From NCBI GenBank assembly GCA_951406725.2, contig OX597815.1, positions 22,134,001 through 22,198,000 on the forward strand: a stretch of DNA of 64,000 bases, written 5' to 3'. The stretch is from Octopus vulgaris. Its lineage: Eukaryota. The notes beneath the pieces were generated by a model. The model worked only from the letters and a program-made list of their open reading frames with translations, made no database searches and was not told where the DNA came from. The translations under genes were made by a program, and so were the position numbers. Shown here one piece after another: positions 27,754 to 41,656 of the stretch; position 1 is the first letter of the stretch; the number at the start of each line of letters is the position of its first letter.

Positions 27754-28902
27754 CTAGCGGGACCCATGAATATTTCAAGGAATTAATGGTTAACCTAATG
27801 GGTTTATCAAAAAAACCTAAAAGCGTAGCTTGTGTTATGTCACTCATCTGCAACGCATTGAAAAGTGAAAGAAATTGGAATATGATGATGACACTTCATG
27901 CACTTTATATATACACTTTATATAATTTATGCACAATTTTATAGACTTAATACACAACAGTCATAAAATAAATATTTACTATTGTTTTACTATTTTCCCC
28001 ATAAAGAAAAAAAAAATCCTGTACATATGATACAAATTAAATTGCATATATCTGCCACGTAAATAAGCGTGAATATTTCACGGAATTGTGCTTATGCGTA
28101 AGCGTTGATAGGTGTTATAAAAAAAATTAATTCACCATCCAATCATCCCCTCCTCCACCACCACCACCTCCGCCGCCGCTGCCACCACCTCCCACCACCA
28201 TCCCGCTCTCCTCCTCTCTCTTTCTCTCTCCCCCTCTCTCTCTCTGCCTGTCTTTAACCCCACCATCAGAACATCACCCCTCTGCTAAAATTATATTTTT
28301 AACTATCTTCCTCTACCTTTAACTAACATTTTTAACCACGTAATAAATATTACGTTCCCCCTACCTCACGTCATAGACGCTTCTCTCTCCCTCTTTCTGT
28401 CTCACTCCTCGCATTATCCTCTTTTTCTCTCTTTTGTCTTTCTCTTCTCAATCTCTCTCTCTCTCTCTCCCTTCAACTAATCACGTGAGAGCGTTACAAT
28501 TACATCCCCACTGCCTCACGTCATGGAACTTTTCAATTTGGAATGTTTTTTTTTTACCATAGCAACTGGCATGAGACATGAGTTCAAGGTTGGTGACCTC
28601 TCTTAGGATGGGCATATACTCTTTCTCTCTCTTTTATTATTACTCCCACCGCCACCATCAACATTACTACTTTTAATAAAAGATCAATACTAATTTTCTT
28701 TGTCTCTCTTTCTCTCCCTCTCTCTTTCTTCCCCCCTCTCTCTCTCTCTGTCTTCACCACCGCCCTCACCGTCTCGATGCTAACTATTACTCTCACCCCA
28801 CCATGAGGAATAGTAGGAGTGTCATTGAAAAGTGAGAGAGGATAAGGTCTAAGTGTGACACACTGACACACAGAAATTAGTTTTCGCATTTATTATATTA
28901 GA
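27754..28902 (-). mobile_element. Non-autonomous Helitron
   Basis: Minus strand begins A^TCTAATATAATAAATGCGAAAAC and ends with an imperfect hairpin (ccttgaaatattcatggg) followed by tcccgCTAG^T; A/T insertion site with no TSD. Confidence 0.72.
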
Positions 28903-29913
28903 TTAAACTATTTCTAATAAATATATTGTCACAGTTGGGGAGCATGACTTTCACAAAAGAATAGACTTGAAGGTCAAAACTCCTTGAAATGCATAATGAT
29001 AATAGCACTAATAGAATGTGTTTTCATATACGTTTATCTTCTTTCATATTCATCTTGAGATACTTGAGTTAAGACGTATTTCAAATAATGAGAAATAGAG
29101 GTCAAATTCAGTTAGAATGTAATAAGTTGACAGTTTGAATATCTGTTCCTGCAATTATACAACTTCTTGTATTTCTGTTAACAATTTAAGATTCAAACAT
29201 TACAATTGAGACACTGTATTACATTACATGACCGAGCCAAATTACTGCGTTTTTTTTCAATTGCGGCTGTTACAAAAGACATGACAGTTACAACTTCTAC
29301 TTAAATTGTTCTGATATTAATAAGTCTAATCACAAACAGATTATTATTTCCCGTGTGACAATGTAGAGAGAAATAGATATTTTAAGTTATTGCTTATTAT
29401 ATTCCCGAACTCACAGCAACCTCTTCTGGCTAACAAATAACCGTGGTACTATTTCTAATTACGAACAAGTTACAACATATCTGATTAACTTCATATCGTT
29501 GCAAGAATACTCAGCTCTCTGAATATATAACACCAGGCGATTAATAATTCACCTATTTAGTATTAACCCTCACGACTTTCAATTGCAATTTCACTGTATC
29601 GTAAAACTAATAGTAATGATTTTTATTTATCCTGGTATCGAAATGTTTAAGGTTCAAGAGTTGGGATACTTAATTCAACTCTTGCTTCGAAGAAGACTTA
29701 CAGAGAGTAATTAAAACACATAGCAAAATTTATATTTAGGTATGCTCGCTGTGGGACAGAATGGAAGAATGATTAGAAAGCTTAAGCATTTGGAATTTTA
29801 AGTTCTATAATGCCAGCCTACTTGGCAGTTTGTTTCTCTATTCATATTGCTTTCTAAAATGGATGCACAAGTTTGTGGGTGAGTTTGTGTATGTGTGTGT
29901 ATATCTATCTATA

Positions 29914-30000
<87 letters not shown>

Positions 30001-30003
30001 ACA

Positions 30004-30039
<36 letters not shown>

Positions 30040-30819
30040 GTAATATGTATATGTATATACATAAACATATATATATATATACATATGTATGTATACATAT
30101 AAACATGTTTGTCCACAGACATCTACATGTATATGTATGTGTGTGCTTGTGTTTGTGTGTGTGGTTGTGTTTGTGTGTGTGTGTGTGTATGTGTGTGTGT
30201 GTGTGTATGTGTGTGTATGTGTGTGTGTGTGTATATATGTGTGATTTTGTATCCGTGTTTGTATGTGTGCTTGCATATCTATGCCTATCACGAATTATGA
30301 AAATCTTTGTTTTTCTCTCTCTCTCTCTCTCTCTTTCTCTTTCCCTTTGCTCTCTCTCTCTCTCTCTCTCTTTCCCTTTGCTCTTTCCCTTTGCTCTCTC
30401 CCTTATATCGGGCCTATCTGCCTTTCATTATATGCGTGTAAGTTTATCTATGTGTGCAGAGTTGCGATAAACATTGAGAAAGAGAGAAAGGACAAAAAGG
30501 ACACATCTGTTTGCATTCAGATGTCAAATTTCTTGAATTTCTTCCTTTATTCGTTTATATTCCCTTTTTCTATTTCTCAGTAAAATGTCTCCAGTCTCTT
30601 TTTCATTTCCCATAAACATTCACGGACGTCTGTTTCATGTGATGTATACACACGTATTATTTTGTGTGTAACTATGCATTCAGAACCAAACAAGAAGAGA
30701 CAAGTCTACAGATACTCCAACAATGCAATAAATATTACTACGTAAAGTAGACGCTAGTATATACAACCTTTCAAAACACTCATACATATACGCCAGCGCA
30801 CGAACATATGTGTGTGTGT

Positions 30820-31385
30820 GAAGGCGCATGACTCAGTGGTTCACAATCATGAGGTAGTTGGATTCCCTAACGGGGCCACTGTGTTGTGTTCTTGAGCAAG
30901 ACACTTTATTTCACGTTGCTCCAGTTCACACAGATGTGGAAATGAGTTGCGACGTCACTGGTGTCAGGCTGTATCGGCCTTTATCTTTCCCTTGGACAAT
31001 ATCCGTTTCTTTATTACCCACAAGGGGCTAAACATAGAGGGGACAAACAAGGACAGACAAACGGACTAAGTCGATTACATCGACCCCAGTGTGTGACTGG
31101 TACTTAATTTATCGACCCCGAAAGGATGAAAGGCAAAGTGGACCTGGGCGGAATTTGAACTCAGAACGTAACGTCAGACGAAATACGGCTACGCATTACG
31201 CCAGGCGTGCTAACGATTCTGCCAGCTCGCCGCCTTATTGTCCCTTGGACAATATCGGTGACGTGGAGACGGGAGTCTGGTATGCATAGGCGACTTCTCG
31301 TCTTCCATAAGCAACCTTGCCCAGACTTATCTCAGAGGTGAACTTTGTAGGTGCAATCCCATGGTCATTCATGACCGAAGGCGGG
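30820..31385 (+). mobile_element. CORE-like SINE (family D head) interrupted by a nested family A SINE
   Basis: cttgagcaagacactttatttcacgttgctccag core is shared with 47319; the insert is flanked by a 16-bp TSD. Confidence 0.8.
31004..31240 (-). mobile_element. SINE family A monomer nested in another SINE
   Basis: TSD tcccttggacaatatc at 30988-31003 and 31241-31256. Confidence 0.92.
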
Positions 31386-31616
31386 TTTTTTTAAACCCTT
31401 TACCCCTTCGTTTCATACCTCTCACTCTATGCAGAAATGAGTTACACACCCGTGTTGATATTCAACACTTCGTGCGCCGTGCCAGGCTCCAGGCTCTATT
31501 TTTACAACATTCCACCTGAAGACTTTGCCAAGCGTCAAACAAATACACCTGTCTTCGTCTTTTGTTTTGTATGTATATCTCATACATATATACATATGTA
31601 TAGATATAAATACATG

Positions 31617-31664
<48 letters not shown>

Positions 31665-31667
<3 letters not shown>

Positions 31668-31868
31668 CTGGCAGAATAGTTAGAGCGCCGGACAAAATGC
31701 TTAGCGGCATTTCGTCCGTCTTCATGTTCTGAGTTCAAATTCCACCAAGGCTGACTTTGTCTTTCATTCTTTCGGGGTCAATAAATTAAGTACCAGTGAA
31801 ACACTGGGGTCGTTGAAATCTACTAGTCCCTTCTCCCAAAATTTCAGGCTTTGTGCCTAATGTAGAAA

Positions 31869-31870
<2 letters not shown>
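31665..31870 (+). mobile_element. SINE family A, alternative tail
   Basis: gagctggcagaatagttagagcgccggacaaaatgc...tgtgcctaatgtagaaagga. Confidence 0.85.
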
Positions 31871-31933
<63 letters not shown>

Positions 31934-32189
31934 TAAATAACGTTAAGCGCACTAGTAGGCATTTGCCATATACAAAATACAAAGGTAACTGTTTGATTTT
32001 GTTCCTGGCTACTTCAAGTTTCGCAGGCCCCTGACAGGATCCCAACTCCTCCAGGGTGAGTGTATGTGTATACATGTATATATGCCCGCACACACACACA
32101 CATTCATGTATACACACACATAGTCATATAAACATATATATACAGATTTGTGTACACATGCGTATATATAATACATAAATACAGAGAGA

Positions 32190-32229
<40 letters not shown>

Positions 32230-32580
32230 AGGAGAGAGGGTGAGAGAGAGAAAGAGAGAAACTGACAGAAAGCTGGGACAGATCAAATTGATTCAATGAA
32301 TACGCCAATAACTTTGCTTTACTTGTCCACTGTAGCCATTTTGATGGTCTTTACGTTAGCACACATATTAGCAAATACATGCATGTACACACACATATAC
32401 ACATACACACGCACACACAATCGGAAGAACGAATAATGTACCAAATTTTCCAGTTTTCAATTTTAGTATATATATTTGTATGTAAGTATTTTTTACATAC
32501 AGAAACAAAATCATTTTAATCGCAAGTGATGTATACATATGGGAGAGTATGTTTGTATATGTGTACACACATACACTCAC

Positions 32581-32616
<36 letters not shown>

Positions 32617-32884
32617 ACAGACATTCTCACGCGACCACATGCACATACACACACGTACATTCTTTACACGAACTAATTATTTATATCCAAACAAACATTC
32701 CTTGGAGGAACTAATCACCTTAACATATAGTATCAATATATCACACAACTTGCTCATGTCATCCACTTTTGTTCTCCTGACAAAAGGTTATCCAGACAGA
32801 AACGACTGGTGAAACTAGATAGACCTACTTTAAACAATAGTTTTGAAGCTCTCTAATTTTATTCTTATATCTATACACACATGT

Positions 32885-33190
32885 GTGTCAAGCCTGTCGA
32901 ATGCTAGCCTAGTCGGCGGTCTAGTTTTAAGTCCCGGTTGATGTAATTTCACTTCATTTGTGTCTCACGACGGCAACGATTTCATTGAAATGACTATCAC
33001 ATTCCATTGAATCTCTCGGCTGTATGCTGACAAATTCGGTGGGGGAGACCAGCTTGGAGCCAGATGGATTCCTGTCGGGCATCACTGCCACGATATGCAA
33101 AATCAAGATGATTGTTTTAGAGGTGCCCCAGCATGGCCACAGCTCGTGAGCTGAAACTAGATGATTAAAAAAAAAAATTAAAAAAATAAA
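32885..33190 (+). mobile_element. Retroelement 3' end sharing the family C SINE terminal motif, with an A-rich tail
   Basis: ggtgccccagcatggccacagctcgtgagctgaaactag followed by poly(A); upstream sequence is unrelated to SINE C. Confidence 0.55.
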
Positions 33191-33196
33191 AGATCA

Positions 33197-33596
33197 GGCG
33201 CGGGAGTGGCTTTGTGGTAAGTAGCTTGCTAACCAACTACATGGTTCCGGGTTCAGTCCCACTGCGTGGCATCTTGGGCGAGTGTCTTCTGCTATAGCCG
33301 CGGGCCGACCAATGCCTTGTGAGTGGATTTGGTAGACGGAAACTGAAAGAAGCCTGTCGTATATATGTATATATATGTGTGTGTGTGTGTGTTTGTGTAT
33401 CTGTGATTGTCCCCCCTAGCATTGCTTGACAACCGATGCTGGTGTGTTTACGTCCCCGTCACTTAGTTGTTCGGCAAAAGAGACCGATAGAATAAGTACT
33501 GGGCTTACAAAGAATAAGTCCCGGGGTCGATTTGCTCGACTAAAGGCGGTGCTCCAGCATGGCCGCAGTCAAACGACTGAAACAAGCAAAGAGAGA
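33197..33596 (+). mobile_element. SINE family C, full length
   Basis: High similarity to 49486-49890 and to the reverse complement of 13342-13751. Confidence 0.92.
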
Positions 33597-34269
33597 GATC
33601 AAATATACCATACAAATACAAAACAAACTGTGCACATAAAGAAACACATACACACATACTCGGATGAGTAGAAAGCGTTTACATTCATCCTATTAGATAC
33701 AAATATATGTTGGTAGGTAAGTTTGCATGACCATACACGGCATCTTAAAGAGTGGTAAGTACATTAGCTTAGATATTCCTGATGTTAGACAATAGGGTCA
33801 ATGAATACTGGGAATACAGCCACGTGTTCGTATATATACTGCTTACTATGCAACCAAAGTATGAGGGATTTTGAAGGATGGTGATTCAGTTTAGTGATAG
33901 CGAACTTAAAAAACATTATTCATAAGCATAGCGTTGCCGAAAGGGAATTAGATTTAACTTGGCATTTCTGATTGATTCATAACACCAGGATACTTGTAGT
34001 TTTTGACCTCTCATTTCAGCTGATGCTATTATTATTAACCAGAAATGTTTTATGCACGCACACACACACACACCCACACACGTACGCACGCACGCACGCG
34101 CATACAAACATGCGTGTATGTATGTGCGTATGAATGTATGTACGTATGTCATTATACAGTTTTATTTCAAGATTTCTTGCCAATAGAGAAAAAACCTGTT
34201 TCTAACCTAGATCCAAGGCTCCTTCATTGGAATTTCAACATCAACCGGGTATGTATGTATGTATGTATG

Positions 34270-34303
<34 letters not shown>

Positions 34304-34419
34304 TGTATGTATGTAGGTGTGTGCGTGCGTGCGTGCGAGCGTGTATGTGTGTATATACGTATGTATGTATGTACGTATGTATGTATGTATTATCTATGTA
34401 TGTATGTATTTATGTATAG

Positions 34420-34792
34420 TTGACTCAAGAGTCATCTTCGTAGTCTTAAAGCGAGACAGATGAGTGACAACCTGGCGACTGGTGGTGGTGTTACACACCA
34501 TACTAATCATATCTGTCAGGCATGTGGAAGAGATAATACATACATACATACATACGTACATACATACATACGTATATACATACATTCGGTAGGAGGACTT
34601 AAACGACATGCAAAGGTACATGAAGCCCAGTTACAACTACAGCGGGCTATTACCTGTAAAGGTTTTAGCTGCCAATTCTGTACAAGACATTGTAGATCTT
34701 TAACTGGGCTAAAAAGTCACATTCGATCACAGCACCAATAACAGTTAAGCTTCGTGCAATGGCCATACTCGATAACGAGGGCGCAGCCATCA
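34420..34792 (+). mobile_element. RTE-type LINE 3' end with two C2H2 fingers, interrupted by (CATA)n
   Basis: HICQACGR..SVGGLKRHAKVH and FSCQFCTRHCRSLTGLKSHIRSQH* in ORF 34460..34741. Confidence 0.65.
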
Positions 34793-35586
34793 TGTATGTA
34801 TAGTGTTCTATGGGGCAAGCGGTAAGTTCAAAACATTACTTGATGCCAAGAGGTGTGACAGACGAAAGTCGTCCAGCAACATTGAGCAACATTGTTATTA
34901 TTGCTGAACACATATTTCTTCCTCGTTGTGCTCGTCAGTAGCAAGTATACATTAACCACCACAAGCTAAGATAAAAGCAGCCACTACTAATATGGAAAAG
35001 CAGTAATTGAAAAATCAATGATGTCGTAATTACCCGGTACCTGCTGATATATTTCTATATTTTTAACACTATACGTTTATAAGAAATGCATTCTTGTTAT
35101 CAGTACTACAGATTATCAGACTTTCGACGACGTATATTCTTTAAGTATGATATACAGACGACAGATTGCTAATTTGAACTAAGATTGCTTCTGACACTCA
35201 TAAATCGATGATTTTTCAATACCTGCTTTACTATATCAGCAGTCGTTGGTTTTTTTTCTAAGCAGGCGATGGCTAGTGGAGACACTATAGACGAACTCAA
35301 AGAGACAGAAATATTCAGTAATAGCACTCCAACTGCTGGAGGATTTTTGTCTGTTGCTGATTTATCTCAGAGTATTTTTAACCTTATACAAGTATAAGAG
35401 ATGTTTTCTCGAGACGAATGTCGCAGTTTATCAGGCTTTCAACGATGTATATGCTTTAAGTATGATATGCATATTGATTACTCACACAAACACACACATA
35501 CATACATACATACATACATACATACATACATACATACATACATACATACATACATACATACATACATGTATATCATATTCTTTTAT

Positions 35587-35808
35587 TCTTTTACTCTTTT
35601 ATATGTTACAATCATTTGACAGCGGCCATGCTAGATCACCGCCTTTAGGCGAACAAATTGGGCCCCGAACCCATTCTTTGTGAGTCTAATACTTATTCTA
35701 TCGGATGCTTTTGCCGAACCACTAAGTTACAGAAACGTAAGCACACCAACATCAGTTATCAAGCGATGGTGGCGAGACAAACGCACAAATACATACATAC
35801 ATATATAT

Positions 35809-35866
<58 letters not shown>

Positions 35867-35998
35867 GACGAGCTTCTTTCATTTTCAGTCTACCGAATCC
35901 ACAGTAGAAGACACTTGCCCAAGGTGCCACACAATGGGACTGAATCTGGACCGATGTGGTTGGGAAGCAAGCTTCTTATCACACAGCCACTCTTGCGT
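35587..35998 (-). mobile_element. SINE family C, diverged
   Basis: Similarity to 13342-13751. Confidence 0.8.
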
Positions 35999-36002
35999 CT
36001 AT

Positions 36003-36035
<33 letters not shown>

Positions 36036-36065
36036 CACACATACACACACACACACACATCACAA

Positions 36066-36430
36066 TTATGTAGGACGTACACCTTTGAGAATACCACATG
36101 CACCAGTAAGAACTGCACGGTATGTAAAATTAATCCAGGCATTAACTGTAGAACTAGAAATGTAGTCTACAGCATATGGTGCATAGAGGGTGCTTGTAAA
36201 GACGAGAACATTACATATATTGGTGAAACATCTAGAAGCCTTGCAGAGAGACTAAATGATTATTTGAGACAATACGACGACAAAAGATAGTCCTCCATCC
36301 TCTACCAACATTCTAAAGACCAAGGCTCACTTGACATCCGCATTTTATCCAAGCACACGAAGGACCCAACACTCAAATACAGGAGTACGTTCTCTTAAAG
36401 GAAACATCCCCAGTACTAAATAGGAAATAT
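36066..36430 (+). mobile_element. Penelope-like GIY-YIG endonuclease fragment
   Basis: CTSKNCTVC...NCRTRNVVYSIWCIEGAC...YIGETSRSLAERL in ORF 35658..36290, then a stop codon. Confidence 0.85.
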
Positions 36431-38099
36431 TTATATAAGGTAGTGATATCCCATACCCACAGTTTATACATACACAGGTAGATTTGTTAGTAGGCTTTTG
36501 TGCAGAGGCATATATAAATATATATAAGTGGGTAAACGGATATGTAAGTTAACTGATAGATAAGTAGATAGACAGGTACATAGGTAATACGGACAGACAA
36601 GTACACACACACACACACATACACGTACATACACAAAAGAAGACTATATATATATAATAGGATGACCTGAATGGGGTGATCGAGAAACATCAGTAGAAAA
36701 GGAGAAAGAGTATAAAATTTATGAGACTGGATGAATGATTAGGGAAGACGGAGGAAGGTCTTTCTGTCTATGAATGGTTTCCCACCGGTGTGTTTTTACA
36801 TAATTTATCGACCTTGTTGTATTAGTATTCTTGCGTATCGAGCACTAAGGAGAAGCTGGTAAGCTTTTACTTCACGAATAAGTAATAAAAGTATACATAA
36901 ATTTAGCTAAGCTCTAAAATAAAATAAAACATGGTTTTGTATTTTTGTAACCATCTGACCATTTTTACTGATAGTTTCTGAAATTTTCGTTGCTGATCCA
37001 TTCAGAATAGCTTTTGTGTTGCAACTTGATATTAAATCAACGATTATATGAAAAATCTATATAAGCAATGTTAATTTTCCAGAGAAGGCGCTTAGAAATA
37101 AAGGCAAGTCACATCTTAAACGGGAAGGATACATAAGATAATATAGTCCTAAACATATGTTCGGAAAAAAGTTATGGTTAAAATCTTTCAATCCTTATAG
37201 ATCTGACTGGTCCGAACTAACCGCAGGCTGAACAAAAACACCAGTAACAGCATACTGTCAAGCTCATTAATATGCATTGAATTAATCCCGGAAGGTTTAC
37301 ATGTTGATTTCTCACATAGGGACAAGGCCTCAGGTTTGGTGGGACGTGTTTAATTGATTATATTCATATTGGACTTGACTAGGACTTTATTTTAAAGAAA
37401 CCAAAAGGATGAAAAAGCACAGGTGACCCAGGCTATATTTGAACTTATAATGTACGCGGCAATAACTAAATACTAGAAAGCAAGGATATTTCCTCCACTT
37501 CCAGAAATATAAAAAATTTATACATGGTCAAAACAAAGCAAAAATAGAAATTTATGTAAAGCAAAGATTTATGAAAAGCAAAGTTCTTGTTCGTAATAGT
37601 GTTTCGATTAACAGTGAAGCAATTTAAACTTCATCACATGTTTTGTGCAGAGTTCAAAATAAATCAATATCTATTTATATTTTCAAGTGATATCAACGTA
37701 ATCAACGTAATATTAAGTATTAAGATTGAAATCATAAGGTTGCTACTTAAAACTAACGTTAAGTCAGGTCTGTCCTTTATAAATTAGTGAAGAAAACAAT
37801 GACTTATTAAACTATCTAACAGTAATATTTACTCTAGACATTCTTGAATTCTGTGAAAATATGTTATATTGTTACGTTCTTGTTAAATACTATGTATTAC
37901 AAAATCATGCTTTGTCTCAGCTTTTAGTCACGGGATATTTATGAATAGCTTGCTTACATATGCTGTCATTAAGCCAAATATAAGTACGCACAATAACCAA
38001 ATAAATACCCGCACCCAACCTCACCCGACCCTATATATGTGCGTTTGTATTCATGTAGTATATATTCATGTATGCGTGTGTGTGTATATATATATATAT

Positions 38100-38155
<56 letters not shown>

Positions 38156-38193
38156 GCATTCGTACAAATATAATACACACACATACACACACT

Positions 38194-38241
<48 letters not shown>

Positions 38242-38689
38242 CATATATATGTGTGTGTGTGTATAAGATTAATTAGATTTAGTTATATACGGTTAAATAT
38301 GTATTTAATTCTGTGTATGTGTGTTTCTTTCTCTCTCTCTCTCCATCCCCCCTCTCTTTCTCTGAATGTACGTCTGACGTATATATATGCTTTGCCTTTT
38401 TGGTGTGTTTTACAAATTGTAGTAATTGTTCAATGAGTCGACAATAATATCTTTTGTCATATGCCAAGGTTAGAGAATATAATATAAAACCTCAATGAAA
38501 GTTATTACACAAAACTTACAATCACACACACTAACATACACAAACACATTCACACGCACGCACAAGCACACATGTATTGCTACGCCACGAAGTGATTTCA
38601 GCTTCGATTTCACAGTGTAACACTTCGGCTTCTACATACTCGAGTCGGCCAATGACTTATGTGAGAAATATTTGTGGAAAACTGCGCGT

Positions 38690-39320
38690 TAGAACGCTTG
38701 TGAACACATTTTAGGTCCAAAAATTAGGAGTACTTGTGCAAACATTTAGAACACGAGAAAAGAAATGGCATGAAATGCGGAGAAGTGATCTGAAGATAGG
38801 AACAGAAGTACTTAATTGTGTCGCACAAGAATAAGCATTGAGGACAAACTATGTGAAGTACAGAATTGATAACACAACTGAGAGCGAGTGACTAATGCAG
38901 AATGTGTGATGAGATGGGTGAAACAGTGTGGCACATTGTTTGTGAATGCCTGAAATTGGCATAACGTGAATAGAAAAGGCCTCACGACAATGTGGCAAGT
39001 TATGATCTATTGGAAGTTCTGTGCAAATTATGACCTAGGAAGATCAAAGATATGGTATGATCAAATCCAATAAGGAATTACTGAGAGTGAGGATAGCAAA
39101 ATTTTGTGGGATGTAATGTTTCTGTATGACTATCAGATTAGACATCGGAAGCCTGACATTGTTGCGGCGAACAGAAAAGAAAAGATCATGACTAGTAATC
39201 AACATCCTGGTGGGAACAGGATCGAAAATAAAGAAGTAAAAGTTAACAACTATGATGAAGTGAAGAGAGAAATACGCAGGTTGTGGCAATGAAGACAGTG
39301 TAAGGTAAAGCTTGGGCACT
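38690..39320 (+). mobile_element. R4/Dong-like non-LTR retrotransposon fragment (CCHC knuckle plus REL endonuclease), older copy
   Basis: ALRTNYVKYRID..C..C..GETVWHIVCEC, KILWD, HRKPDIV motifs with stops. Confidence 0.8.
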
Positions 39321-39324
39321 CTGG

Positions 39325-40972
39325 GTATCAGAAGAGGAATTTTCTAGGGTGATAGCTTACTTCCGTTGCTTTTTGTTCTCTGCATAATCCCTCTGACCTT
39401 GGTACTAAGGAAAATGAACCTAGGATATTAGCTAAATGGAAAATCTCAAACAATCAAACACCTCCTCTTCATGAATGATTTGAAGCTGTATGGCAAGGAT
39501 AAGGAACAAGTGAGTTCTTTGGTGAACATGGTCAGTGCTGATATTAGAATGGATTTGGGACTCAAGGAAAACAGAAAAGGTGCAGTCCCTTGCAGAGATA
39601 GAATTACCTAATAGAGAACTGGTTAAACAAATTGAAACCGAAGGCTACAAATAGCCTGGCATACTAGAGTTCAGCGAGATAATGGAGAATGAAATGAAAT
39701 AGCAGCTGAGGGTGGAATATTTCCGAAAACTAAGGTTGGTGTTGCGCTCAGAATAGACTGGATGGAATAAACCCTAAGCAGTTACCACATGTTAATCACT
39801 TCGGCATGGAGCTGGAATCATAAAATAGCAAAAGAAAGAACTGATGAACATGGATATGAAGACCAGAAAATTGCTGACAGTGCACGGAGCCTTCCACCCT
39901 AAGAATGACACCGATTGGCCGTACTTGTCCAAAAGAAAGGGTGGGAAAGGTTTGATCAGTTGCCAGAATTGTATCGGAGAGAGGTCAAACAACTTAGTTT
40001 GGCATATAAAAAATACCGTAGAACCATTGTTAAAACATGTGAAGAAGTCTGGTGTCATTAAAACTGATAATTGTGTTGAGAAAGAAAAACTCAAAGAAGA
40101 AAAGAACACAAAAACTCAAAGAGGAAAAAGAACACAAAAAGAGAAACAACATGGAAGGAGAAAAATGTACGGTCAGTTTTCAAGAGAAACGAATGCCAAG
40201 ACAGATACAGAAAACCGGTGGCTATGGATGAGGAGGAGAGACCAGAAAATAGAGACAGAAGCACAAGCGTTAAGGACTAACTATATGAAGTGCAGAATAG
40301 ACAACACTACTGACAGCAACAAATGCTGAATGTTTGATGAGAAGGTTGAAACGGTATGGCACATTGTTAGCGAATGGCTGAAACTGGCACAACGCGAATA
40401 CAAAAGACGCCACGTCAATGTGGCAAGAATGGTCTATTGGGAGCTCTGCGGAACTCACGGCCTACAAATAGCAAAGACATGTTATGAGTAAACCCCAGAA
40501 GGAGTCACCGAGAATAGAAATTGCAAAATCCTGTGGGATACAATGGTCCAGCGCGATCAGCTGACCAGACATAGGAAACCGAACATTGTTGTGGTGAAAA
40601 GAAATATTATATATATGATAATCAACATAGCATGTCCTGGTGAGAACAGGATCGAAGATAAAGAAGAAGAAAAGCCGAACAGCAATGACGATTTGAAGTG
40701 GGAAATACGAAGGTTGTAGTCCATGAGGAGACCAGACGTGATACCAATAGTAATTGGTGCACTTAGAAGTATCAGTACTCAACTACCAATATGGCTCAAA
40801 AAGATTGGGGCAAATATTAAAGTAGAATACCTATAAAAAATCAGCAATGCTTGGAACTGCAAGAATCCTTCACAAGGCTCTTGAAGCATGAGCAGTAAAC
40901 AAGTGTCACTTTAGTCTGCTGGCTGTGGGCAGCTTACATTTTCCATCATAGCCAACAAAATAAACTGTTTTC

Positions 40973-40976
<4 letters not shown>
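39325..40976 (+). mobile_element. R4/Dong-like non-LTR retrotransposon, 5'-truncated and degraded (RT, CCHC, REL endonuclease, 3' UTR)
   Basis: IRRGIF*GDSLLPLLF, LLFMNDLKLYGK, HGAFHPK..D..YL.RK.GGKGL, ETVWHIVSE..KLAQREYKRRH, KILWD..HRKPNIVVV..IACP, IPIVIGAL; ends in (ATT)n. Confidence 0.88.
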
Positions 40977-41027
<51 letters not shown>

Positions 41028-41044
41028 AATAATAATAATAATAG

Positions 41045-41128
<84 letters not shown>
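40977..41128. repeat. (TTA)n directly followed by (TAA)n, a self-complementary microsatellite
   Basis: Strand switch near 41023. Confidence 0.9.
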
Positions 41129-41129
<1 letters not shown>

Positions 41130-41130
<1 letters not shown>

Positions 41131-41320
41131 TTTGGGGAGGGGAGTAGTCAATTTCATCGACCAAAGTGTTTCACTGGTACTTAGTTTATCGACCCCGAAA
41201 GGTTAAAAGGCAAAGTTGACCTCGGCGGAATTTGAATTCAGAACATAGCGACGGGCGAAATATTGATAAGCATTTTGCCTGGAGTGCTAACGATTCTGCC
41301 AGCTCGCTGCCTTAATAATA

Positions 41321-41367
<47 letters not shown>

Positions 41368-41508
41368 CCTCTCAACTAAAGGCACAAGGCTTGAAATTTC
41401 ATGGGAGGGGACTCGTCAATTACATCGAACTCAGTGTTTCACTGATACTTATTTTATTGAACCCTAAAGGATGAAAGGCAAAGTCAACCTCGGCAGAATT
41501 GGAACTCA
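41130..41508 (-). mobile_element. Two family A SINE copies separated by (GAT)n
   Basis: Reverse-complement central domain gaccccgaaagg..ggcaaagttgacctcggcgga occurs twice. Confidence 0.85.
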
Positions 41509-41656
41509 CGCGCATCCCTTCTTGTTGAATAATAAATAATTATTTTTACAGCAACTAAAAATAGAAGAATGTGAACTATTGTAAAGTAGTGGAAGAAAGA
41601 AAATGCCATATGAATGATAGAAAAAAGTAATGGTAATGACAGGAAAACGTCAGACA

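Noticed and set aside
34460-34741. Host C2H2 zinc-finger gene exon
   Set aside because: No TGEKP linkers, interrupted by (CATA)n, and similar ends recur at 3640 and 6545, consistent with RTE LINE termini
35658-36290. 210-aa ORF as a host nuclease gene
   Set aside because: It is a chance fusion of an antisense SINE, a microsatellite and a truncated Penelope GIY-YIG fragment
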